Positions 23,801 through 35,800 of a DNA stretch of 64,000 nt are shown here, piece by piece. Under the pieces are notes generated by a model that saw only the letters and a list, made by a program, of their open reading frames with translations, did not search any database and was not told the DNA's origin. The stretch is taken from the NCBI GenBank assembly GCA_002269645.1, contig NIVC01000909.1, positions 52,752 through 116,751 on the forward strand, given 5' to 3'. The stretch's first letter is position 1. Each line of letters opens with the position of its first letter. This stretch comes from Macrostomum lignano (lineage: Eukaryota). Position numbers and translations under genes: made by a program.

Positions 23801-26800
23801 AGAAGTGAATATTGGAATTGTCATAAAATTCTTATCGTGAGTCATAACCCTAGCCAGCCAGCCAGCGTGTACAATTGCAACACAAGACCAACCAAGCTGT
23901 ACATTGCTTATCGCATTCTGTGGCTAATTGGCTACTCCGAGCGCCGCAAATAATTGTGCCCAACGGAATCAGTGCAATCTTAGTCAGCCTACACTGTCCT
24001 TTAACGCGAGTGGATCCAGTGCAAGCGCAGCCAACCCACCCCAAGGACAATTAATCTACGCGGCCTGCACTCTGCCTAGCTCAACAGTAATTGGCCACAG
24101 CTGCCAGCCTCGGCCTACACCAGTCCCAATTGACCCTTGGCGCGTCAACAGAGCTGCTTCTGCGTGTTAGCAACAGCTTGGAACGAACTGCTGGTTACGT
24201 CTAACTGGCCGGACAACTGCGACTACACACCAGCGGTCAGCCAATCTGTGTGCGTGTGGTGAGTCTGTTTGCCTGTTTAAAAATAGGAGGTAGTCCCAGG
24301 TTGACGGGTTTAGATAGCGTTTGTGTCTGTGTCAGGGTTAGATTAGATCCCGCCAACTGCTGTCTGGGTTGCTTTCCCCTTTGCTTCTTTTCCTGCTTGC
24401 ACCTGTTCGGTTGGTCGTCCCGATCATTGCTGGTGCAAAAAACTCGGCTTGGCGAGGTGATTAGGCTCTGGAATGTCTAATAACGAGGATGGAGTGGTAG
24501 CCAATGTGGCTGGTCTTGAAGATGGTGGCTCTGTTAATAATGATGCTGGTGGAGCAAATGCTCAAGAATCTGAAAATGGAGCATCAGCTGCTGGTGGAGC
24601 TAATGCTCATGAATCTGAAAATGGAGCATCAGCTGCTGTTGGTTCGGCTGAAGCAGCGTTGCTCCCCGCTACTATGCAGAATTTCTTAGAAAGCTTCTCC
24701 CAGGTATTGGCCAATAGCTTAAATCGTGCATCAAATCCAACGGCACCATCGACCTCACCAAGAGCGTCTGAGGGCAGTGGTAATGTCCGCCTCCGACCCC
24801 CACAACCCTACATGCCGAAAATGAGATTCGACTTGTGGCAAACGCAATTTCGCACTTACGTGGAGGCGCACAAAATTCCCAAGGAGCAGCAGTCAGCCAT
24901 TTTGCTGTCCCTTTTATCGCCTGAATGCCAGGAGTATTGCTTTCACAACCAGTTGCATAAGCAAGATGCTGAGGTCGCACTAAAAGCATTGGACCTGCGC
25001 TACACGGATGTTTCGGAGAAGGACAAAAGTTATCTGGAACTAGCAAGTGCTCAGCAACATGATGCTGAAGATGTCCAAGAATACTTTGATCGACTAATAA
25101 GACTTTCACATGCTGCTAACTTGTCTCTCAAAGAGTCTGAGCCACTGGTGCGGGCCCGGTTCTGCCATGGGCTGCTAGATAGAAGCTTGGCCGAAAAGCT
25201 GCTGCTGGCCAGTCGGGAAGATCCTTCGCTATCCTCTGTTGACCTGGCCAAGAAGGCCAGGGAGATTACAGGTGTCCGACAGCTCTTGAACCCTGGGCAG
25301 TCGGCGCTGGCTAAAGTCCGTTCTGTGGGTTCAGACAAGACTGCGGAGCTTGAAGCAAGGGTTAAAGAACTGGAAAAACTACTGGTGGAGCAGTCTAACC
25401 AAACATCAGTCAGGGCGTCTCAAAATGAAGTGCCAGTGGTTAGCGGGGTAGGCAATCCAAAGCAGACTCGAGTTACACAATCATCGCCGCCCCATCAATT
25501 GGCATATGGCAAGGGAGCTCAGTTTAGCAGCCGACCGCCTAGAGCATGCTATCGATGCGGGTTAACAGATCATCTGGTCGCAGATTGCCCTCATCCACCA
25601 CCGCTAAATCACAGGGGTCGCTCTGGAAGAGAGCCAGGGAAGCAAAGAGCTGAACTAGTGGAGACCGGGGTCATCACCCAGTGGTTTCAGTCACATGGGT
25701 TCATTCGGTCAGCGCTGATGGGAGACAATCTTTTTGTGCATGTCTCGCAGCTTGATCAAGAGCTTCGGGGCAGAGCGGCACCCCATCAAATTGTTGGTCT
25801 CCGGGTCAGGTTTCGTCGGGTGGCCGACAGTGCAAAACCTAGTGATCGGGCCTTAGACGTCTGCGAGTTGGCTTCGCCCCCGAATTGTGAGCAGTCCGCT
25901 GCGCAAGACACGGAGTTCCAGACCGATTCGAGTTATTTCGTGCAACTGGATGTCGGTGAGAGTCGAATCATTGCCTGCCTAGACTCTGGTGCCAACGCTA
26001 GTGTCATGGGAGTCCGAGTAAAGGATCAGCTAGTCGAGGCTGATCCCATTAACAACGTCTTCAAGCCGTCCACACAGCGACGCGCAGCTACCGCTTTCAA
26101 TGGTACGTCAACTGAAATCTTAGGCACTTTGCGTTGCGAGGTTTCATTGGGAAAGCTGACCAGGACACAAGTCTTTTTAGTCATGGAAACAAGACTGTCT
26201 GATGTCTTGCTCGGTCTCGACTTTCTCAAGAGCTTCAGGGTCAACCTCTTAATTGCCGATGGTAAAGCTACAGTGGATGGAGAGGCCATTCCGATCATTG
26301 AGGGTGACAGTAGTCTCTACCGCGTCAGGCGGGTGACATCAGCGTGTGACCTAGAAATGGCCCCCCGATCGGAAGCTATTGTCCCAAGTCGTGTCGCTGA
26401 AGCGGTCCCAGGGGCTCAAGGAGTCCTTGGACCGCGCCTTTTCCGTGGAGATGGGGAATGTCTGGTGGCCAGGTCCCTAGACAGTGTTAGTACAGGCCGC
26501 CATGTCCTGGTCCGTTTGCTTAACAGTGAAGATCAGACAATATCAATAAAAAGGGGGCAAGAAGTGGCCTCTTTTCAGGATGTAGGCGCTGATGAGGTTG
26601 TCACTCACACTCGGCTACATGAGCGTGATTTTTCGATCAATAACGCTGAAAGGTTGGGAAAACAGTTAGAAAAATTGCCTTACCCGGATAAAGCTACTGC
26701 AGAGTGGCTCAAAGGGGAGTTTCGCCTGGGAAAATCAAATCTGACAACCCAACAACTGACAACAACTATAAAGTTGCTAAATTTCTTCCATAATCAAATT

Positions 26801-29800
26801 TCAAAGTCCGACACCGATCTAGGAAAGACGTCGCTGACAGAGATGTCAATTGAGCTAAAAGACCAGACCTGTCGACCGGTATTTCAGCCCTCTCGGAGGA
26901 CCACACCGGCACAGAAGGAGTTCCTGGACAAGCACATCTCCAAGTTGCTGGATTGTGGCGTAATAGAAGAATGTGACTCCGAGTGGTCGTCCCCAATCGT
27001 GTTGGTGCGGAAAAAAGATGGGAGTCAAAGGCTTTGCGTTGATTATCGACAGACCAATAAAGTGATCAAACCTTGTAGCTTCCCGCTACCACTGGTTGAC
27101 GAGTCGTTTGACAGCTTGTCGGGGGCACAGGTCTTTTCCAGTCTTGACCTAACATCCGCCTACTGGCAAGTCGGGATCCGTGAGCAAGACAGGGACCTCA
27201 CTGCTTTTTCTTGCCCACAAGGCACCTTCAGGTGGAAGGTCGTCCCGTTCGGCATCAAGACCGCCCCGGCAACTTTTGCGCGGTTGATGCACCGGGTCTT
27301 CCAACCCCTGCTGCTTAAGGTCAGCTTGATTTACTTGGATGACGTCATTGTGAAAGCAAGGGATAATGATCAGATGATTGTTAATTTAGCGCTAGTGCTG
27401 TGGAGGTTGCAAAAAGCAAATTTAAAAATCAAACCTAGTAAGTGTGAACTGTTTAAGGACAAAGTGCGGTTCCTCGGGTTCGTGGTATCCGGACAAGGCA
27501 TAGAAGCTGACCCAGAGAAAACCGATGCCGTTCGCGATTGGCCAACTCCGAGTAATCAGAAGCAGCTCTTGTCGTTCTTAGGCTTCTGTAATTATTACAG
27601 AAAATTTGTTCCCAGGTTCTCAGTGATAGCCGCACCGCTGTACAGCCTGGCAAGGGGGGCGGAGAAGTTTGCCTGGCAAGAAAAGCACCAAAAAGCATTC
27701 ACTGAGCTGAAGTCAAGCCTCTGCTCACCTCCGGTCCTAGCCTACCCGGACTTTTCACCGAATGCCGGGTCATTTATCTTGGACTGCGACAGCTCCCTCG
27801 AGGGGGTTGGCGCTGTCTTGTCGCAACAAGGTGCTGATGGTCAGGAAAATGTGATCAGCTACGCTTCAAAAAAATTTACCGCCGCGCAGCGAAATTATTG
27901 TGCCACGATGAGAGAGCTCTTGGGCGTGGTGATCATGCTCGAGAACTTCAGAGTCTATTTGCTTGATCATCCCTTCATCGTGCGCACTGACGCGGCAGCG
28001 TTGAAGTGGTTGCACGCCAAGAGACATGCCACAGGCATGCTGGCCCAATGGTTGGCCACGATCGAAGCCTATGATTTCAAAATCGATCAAACACCTCTTG
28101 AGCGCCTGGGGGAATACGACTTTGAGGTCAAACACAGGGCTGGACAAGAACATTCAAATGCCGATTTTCTAAGCCGGAACCCAAAGTTCCGGGCGGATCA
28201 TTACGACTGCCCAACATGCAGCCACATACCGGAGTTTAAGGAAAAATTCATTGGAAACGCCAAAAGTGCGTCTGTAGTCGTACGGGCGGCCAGAGGGAAA
28301 AAGATTCAGACACGCACTGTTGCTATCCAGACGGAGAGCAATGAGAACTGCGATTTGACGCCCGACCACAAGGAGGCTGAGGCTCAGACCCCACAGCAGC
28401 TGGAAGCGCTCTCTGGGAATACTGATCAAAAGCAAACGGAAACTGAACTGCCAACGCCTGCTGAAACGCCGGCAATCCGAGCAGTGGGGCACCCTATTAG
28501 ATCAGAGGCTGGAAGCAACTCCGAGTCTGATGAAGAGTGGTCAGATCAGCAAGAAGAAAACTGGGCTAGGCAAGCTCAGGAGTCCTCAATTGACATCATG
28601 AGGCTAGTAGAAGCTGTGAAGAATGAGCGAAAGCCAAGTAGCGAAGAGCTTCAGTCGTGCAGTCGTGAGGTCCGAATATTGTATTCAAATTTTGAGAGAC
28701 TCACTCTAAATGAGGGCCTGTTATACCTCCAGAAACCGTCCAAAAAGGGTAGGCCTTCTCGCTCTGTCTTAGTCGTTCCCGAGACGGCGAACGTCGATGA
28801 AGTCGTCTTGAATTATCACCAAGCTCTGAATCACAGTGGGGTAACAAAAACCACGAAAGCACTAAAGAACCGTTTCAAAATCACTGCGTTAACAACCCAT
28901 GTCACAGGAATAATCTCTGAATGTGAGACTTGTGCTCGAACTAAGAAAAACAAGAAGAAAAATAAGGAGCCGATGCAGCCCACCCTTGCTGGCTATCCAG
29001 GCCAAGTGGTGCACGTGGACCATGCAGGCCCATTCTCAGAACAAGATGGCAACAGGTACCTGCTGGTTCTTATTGACCGCTTCACCAGCTGGGTCGAAAT
29101 AATTCCGGTACCAGATACAACTGCCGAAACCACCGCTCAAACAATCTTGACCGAATGGGTCGTCAGGTACGGGGCGATGGAAGCAATTGTGTCCGACAAT
29201 GGCACAGCTTTCATCAATCATGTATTGGAGGAGCTGACTAGCCTCCTTGAAATCGGAAAAGTTCGGATCGTAGCTCGCCGTCCCCAAGCCAACGGCAAGG
29301 TTGAAAGGGCGATTCAGACAATAAAGAGCCAGATCCGCGCCGTGTGTCAGGACAGGGAGTGCAATTGGCCACTGGCAGCCCGCCTCGTTGGCATGTCAGT
29401 CAGAGCGTCGGAAGCTGAGTCCACCGGCTTTACGCCAGCGCGCCTATTCCTAGGGCGCGAGCTCGTATTCCCTCTAGACCTAATATATGGGTCTCCAGCG
29501 CAGGACCAGTTTCAGCCTAACAGGTTCGCCCATAAACTATATCACGAGCTTGTGTCCGTCTCGACCTTGGCCAGACAGATTCGCGGTAAAGCCCAACAGC
29601 GCCAGAAGCGCTACTACGATCGGGGCACCCACCATTCGGTATTCAAGGAAGGTGAGCTTGTATGGGTCTTGAACCCGGACCACAAGGGTCTGGACACGGC
29701 GGTGTGGTTGGGGCCGTACAAGATCATTGAAAAGATCTCTGACAGAAACTACCGACTTGTCCCAGAGTCAGACACCGGGATGCCGAACCCAAGGCACAAT

Positions 29801-32800
29801 GTTTACAACATCGACAGGCTAAAAAGGTGTGTGAGAAAGCCCGCGTACGTCGATTTGATCGACAAATTCGGACAGGCATCCGCACCGGGAGAGACTCGAT
29901 CTTCAAATCCGGCTCAGCAGCCCTCGACTGACAGGTCCGTCTCCACAGTCTGCGTTCAGAGGCGTTCTCTAGATCGAGACTGGGAGGAGTCGGAGGAGGG
30001 AAGTTCGATTCCTGCTAGTAGCAGGCGGAACCCGGCATCGGAAGAGCCTCCTGCCCACAGTGCTCAAGGGGCCACGTCTGGAACGACCGCTAGTAGGGTT
30101 TCAGGGTCGGTAGCGGTGACAGTCGGTGGTGAAAGTCGACGAGAGCTAGGTCAAGACACTGAGGAGGTCAAGCAGCAGGTCTCGAGGACCGATTCGAGCC
30201 ACTCGCGGCCAGAGTCAGATCAGTTGCCAAGCGAGGAACTTGGTGACCTCAAGCTGGAGCCACAATCAGACAATTCTCCTGCCACTACAGTTACTGAGAG
30301 CGTCAGTTCTCAGACGTCTCAATCCGTTGCTGCGAGGCCGCCTATCACCACCAGGTCTGGTCGAGTTGTGCGCAGGCCGGCAAGGTTCTTGGCGGCTTTT
30401 ATCGATCGGTGCTCCAGGAAGGGAAGCACTGGGTCGGGGTAGTCCCTGCCCTTTCGGGGGGTGTAGTCTGCTGCCTGTGATGTGCTCCTCCGGGGTGGCT
30501 TCTGTTGCTTTGGGGCGGTGCCCTCCCGGTGTGGTTGCTCTTTGTTTTTTTCTGTGTTGCTGGCCGTTGTGGTGGGTTGCCGTGGTTATGTTTGGCTGTG
30601 TTGTGTGGTGCCTGGTGCCGTGCTGTGCGCTCCTCTGTGTGGCTGGTTATCTGTTGTTCCGTTGTCTGGTGCGGGTTTCTGCTGGCGGCAGTCGGCCGCT
30701 TCATCATCTGCTGGCGGCAGTCGGCCGCTTCATCAACTGCTGGCGGCAGTCGGCCGCTTCATCATCTGCTGGCGGCATCCGGCCGCTTCATCATCTGCTG
30801 GCGGCAGTCGGCCGCTTCATCATCTGCTGGCGGCAGCCGGCCGCTTCATCAACTGCTGGCCGCGCAGTGCAAGTTCTTGGCGCGGTGTTCGAGTCTGAGG
30901 CATCTGCAGCACGGGTCCCGTCGATGCTGTCAGTAAATTTTGTCATAATTATCAATATTCAGTTGTTACTACTTATTCGTTATTAGGCTTCCTTGTTCGC
31001 GCGAATATCACATTTTACTCCTCTATCCAAATGCTAGCTGCGCATGCGTTTAAAAATCAATCAATCCTTGTTGCTGTTTCGTTGGAATGTTCAATTTTAC
31101 TCCATCGTTCTACTTTGCGAAATTATCTTCAATTGTTCAAAAAATTCGATTTTTGCAACGCGGCCCAATCGTACCAAATTCATTTTGAAAAACAATGTTC
31201 GAAATCACTACTTGAAGTAGAAAGCGCTTCGTTTTTTGTTTTTTTTGGGAGAGAGGCGAGTGTGACGTTGGTGGTTCTTTTATTCTCCCAGTTCGTCGAT
31301 TAATATCTACTAAAAAGTATTTAATATGTACTTTATTTATACCAATTGGTTTCACTTTTATGTTTATTGAAAATAGTAAGCAATGCTTTGTTTTACTGCA
31401 TTAAATAGTTATATTTAACATTTTGAATTCTGTGGCTTCGGAGAAGACTGAGCGTGGTGTGCGGCTGCTGTTCCTATCGCCAGTAATTTGATTTTAGTAA
31501 ACGCTGATTGATTTTAGTAAACACTAAAAAAACAGTAGTTCAAGATCGCTCTCAATTTAGTAGTGTTACCCACTAAGGTCATCTTCGAAGCCATTCCATT
31601 GACACTGCAATTGTTCGTTACCAGTTAGCATCAGCAATAACCACTACATGTGTAACCTGCAAATATACATAATCCGTAATCGAATTATCGGCGCCGTCAG
31701 TTATCGTCACCACTAACTGTGTGTTTACTCACTACTTTAATAGCAGCCCGTCAGCACGCGAACTCGGACCAGATATCGTCACAAAAGTGAGACTAATTTT
31801 GAGCATTTTAATTCTAAAAAAGAAATACAAAAGCAAAATTCAAATTCAAATAGCATTTCGTTCAATCAATTAAAGGTACATTTAGCTAAAGCGTCCTGTA
31901 CATGTACTTTCTGTGTAATCTGCAGATTAATGAATTCTCTTCTAGAAGATCTTTCTCCAACAAGGAAACCCTGCATCCCTAGAGAAATGCTCATTTAATT
32001 CCCGGATGTTCTGAAATTCTGCACCATTTCTTTAGAGGAATTGTATTCTGAAAAGCAAAGAAAAATTTCTATTTCAATTGGGCACTGAGAAAGTGAGCTA
32101 AATACCCATTTGCCCCACTCTTTGTCCACTTTCTTTAGTTTCAGATGCTGTAGCTTCAGCCGGTGTACTTTTAGCAGCTCGAAACTTCATAAGCTAGACA
32201 TTTGACGCTACGCTACTTCGGTCCTGTGTGCAACATTTAACTCGCAAAAGTGACTTTTCGACAATATTTTTTCGAGTTTTGTGAAGCTTCCAGCTTGTGA
32301 AACGCCGCCTGATCAGTGACTCACCGTGATGCTCCTTCGACTTGACTGTGAGCACGCAGAGTACTCGGCCGTAGCACCAGCTGATGAGAATCAGAGGCAA
32401 GCCGTACATCATGGCAAAGGCGAATATATTATAACAGCGCCTTTTAACTGAATTCTCTTGATCCGCTGCAAATGTCTCCATGCACATTCGGTTGTAGCTC
32501 TTGAAAAAGCTGCTCTCAAATACATCGAACACGAACGCCTGAAGTCAAAATGAAACAATTATGAGTTTTTAACAATGTCATCACATTTTTGAACTTACAG
32601 TTTGCAACTGGAAAGAGTATACACACGTAGCTACTTTTGACGAGGTTGTTCGCAAGTTTTTTGAGAAAGCAACAATACGATAAAAATTGTACTCTGTAAA
32701 TAGACTTTGCAAAGATTTTTTACTCTTTTGCATTGCATAGGGTAGAGTTAAGTAGGATTTTACTTACACAAAAACTTTTTCGATAAAAATATTGAGAGAG

Positions 32801-35800
32801 AGAGAGAGAGAGAGAGAGTGAGAGTGAGAGTGAAGAGGCCCAACTACATACGTACGCTTATACTGCACGCACTTCAAATGGAATCGAACGAAAGATATGA
32901 TTCATTTATCTCTGATGTCGAAGAAGCTTTTGGATAATCAGATCATCATCAGCAACATCACAGATATCCCAATGACTGCAATTTATTGGGGCTTGTCAGT
33001 TCAGCATAAGCTTTGAACCGTTGTAGCAAGGTAAGGCGACATTCTTAAGTATGAGTTTTGAGTGTGGTTGGGACGACAAGTCTCAGGTCGAGTTTGAATT
33101 TTAAGGCACTTTAACGCCAGGGAAGATTCACATAGGCGATAGAAAAATCCCAGAAAGACTGCATGCGGTATTTCTTATTCAGAGAAAATTTCTTCGAGTA
33201 GGATTTCCTGTGATAGCAACACAGCTGCAGTTGAGGAAGTCACGGCCCAGCTCGTGTTACTATATTAGCGCGGTAGCAGGGGTCGGGAGATTCAAGCAAA
33301 CTTAGAAAGTTGAGCATCGTATGGGCGGGGGCGAAGAGGTCAGTATCAGTCCGGCCACGCATAAAATTATTTCCTTCAAAGGACGGGGCGCTGGATGGAT
33401 GGGTGGAGGTGATGAACAAATCCCTAACCTCTCTAAGCCTTAATCCGTAGCTTTAACCAATCTTCCAGTCTCCAGATGTAGATCTGCCCGTTTCCTGCGG
33501 TCCTTAGCTGGGACAATCGTGCCAAGAACTAGCTACTGAATTAGTGAACTCCGGAGAAAAACTGCGAACTGAAATTGGAAATTAGAGAGGCTGGACGAAA
33601 AGGCTAACGAAATTTGGAAGTCACGTTTCTGACAGCTTGGGAGCTTTTCCCCAAAGAATTCACTCCGTCCACTGAGTGTGCAGACCCGCCGAGTCCTAAA
33701 ACAGAGAGAGTAGAAGTAGCAGAGGGTCCCGCCAAATTTACACTAGGGAAATAGGGCGGAAAAAGTGACCACTGTCAATATTCCCGAAGAAAAATTTATC
33801 CAGAACTGAGGCAAGAAACACGAAACAAGGACTTCTAGTTGTCTCCTAGAGGTCTTTTGAATTTTATAGTGTTATCTGATTTTGCATACCAACCGTGTAT
33901 TTAATAATGCATCTAATCCATGTACTTTTCACCGCTGTATCGAGTACTTCAATTGCTACATTATTTTGTAGCGCAACGAACTTGACGCCATGTACTATCG
34001 AACTTGACGCCATGTACTATCGAACTTGACGCCATCTACTATCGAACTTGATGCCATGTACTATCGAACTTGACGCCATGTACTATCGAACTTGATGCCA
34101 TGTACTATCGAACTTGATGCCATGTACTATCGAACTTGATGCCATGTACTATCGAACTTGACGCCATGTACTATCGAACTTGACGCCATGTACTATCGAA
34201 CTTGATGCCATCTATCGAACTTGATGCCATCTACTATTGAACTTGATGCCATCTATCCAACTTGATGCCATCTACTATCGAACTTGACGCCATGTACTAT
34301 CGAACTTGACGCCATGTACTATCGAACTTGATGCCATCTATCGAACTTGATGCCATCTACTATTGAACTTGATGCCATCTATCCAACTTGATGCCATCTA
34401 CTATCGAACTTGACGCCATGTACTATCGAACTTGACGCCATGTACTATCGAACTTGATGCCATCTATCGAACTTGATGCCATCTACTATCGAACTTGATG
34501 CCATCTACTATCGAACTTGATGCCATCTATCGAACTTGATGCCATCTACTATCGAACTTGATGCCATGTACTATCGAACTTGATGCCATCTATCGAACTT
34601 GATGCCATCTACTATCGAACTTGACGCATGTACTATCGAACTTGATGCCATGTACTATCGAACTTGATGCCATGTACTATCGAACTTGATGCCATCTACT
34701 ATCGAACTTGATGCCATGTACTATCGAACTTGACGCCATGTACTATCGAACTTGACGCCATCTACTATCGAACTTAATGCCATGTACTATCGAACTTGAT
34801 GCCATCTACTATCGAACTTGATGCCATCTACTATCGAACTTGACGCCATCTACTATCGAACTTGACGCCATCTAATATCGAACTTGACGCCATCTACTAT
34901 CGAACTTGATGCCATCTACTATCGAACTTGATGCCATCTACTATCGAACTTGATGCCATGTACTATCGAACTTGATGCCATCTACTATCGAACTTGACGC
35001 CATCTATCGAACTTGACGCCATCTACTATCGAACTTGACGCCATCTACTATCGAACTTGACGCCATCTAATTCTGTATCGAACCTGGTGCCCCTGCAAAC
35101 AAAATCTCATCATTATAAATTTTCAAATAGCCCAAACATCAACTGCCCAATTCGCAACGCGGCACTAACCTGAGGCACGCTGCAGATGGCGGACACGATG
35201 ACGGACACCAGCAGAAGAATTCTGCCTCTCCTATCGGCAGTGGCAATGCTCAGAGGCCTCGTGATGGCCAGGTAGCGGTCCAGGGCTAAGGAAGCCACGA
35301 TGAATGAGGAAAGGTACAGGCCGAAGGTGGACAGCACTCGATAGAGTTTACACACGTACCGGCCGCCGTACCAAGTCTGCGTAACAATATTAGCAGCCTC
35401 AACCACGGGCGTCAGTAGGACTATGACGTCAGCAACGGACAGGTGAAAGATGAAGAAATTCACCTTGCTTAAACGTCGCCTGCTACTATACAGGCTAACA
35501 AAAATGGCAGCGTTACCTATGAATGAAACAATTATCACCGACAGTAGAAAGGTGAATGCGATTGGTTTAAACGGCAGTTGGTCTACTATACAGCTTTGAG
35601 ACTGATTAACTTCCTTTACGGTGAATGTGAGCAGTTTGCCAGTGTCTTCCGGTCGGTAACTGTACAGGTCTAGGCTGAGATTGTGCACTTCAAACGCACT
35701 GGTTAGTTCCGTCCAGATTTCGTAGCATTTCTTGTAGTCGCCGCGATCACGAATAGGGTCGGCTGACAGGGTTTGGGTCACCGTTAGGTTGGGAACTTCT

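Larger units (their letters stand above)
23181..31783 (+). mobile_element. Full-length Ty3/gypsy LTR retrotransposon (8603 bp) in GPCR intron 2, antisense to the host gene
   Basis: 523-bp LTRs at 23181-23703 and 31261-31783, identical by visual comparison, with TGTGACG...CGTCACA termini. 4-bp TSD AAAG (23177-23180, 31784-31787), PBS 23710-23726, PPT 31247-31260, single intact gag-pol ORF. Confidence 0.97.

Noticed and set aside
30240-30986. env-like or accessory ORFs in the retrotransposon 3' UTR
   Set aside because: Low-complexity products of a GT-rich tract and the 29-bp repeat, mostly non-ATG starts, no envelope features.
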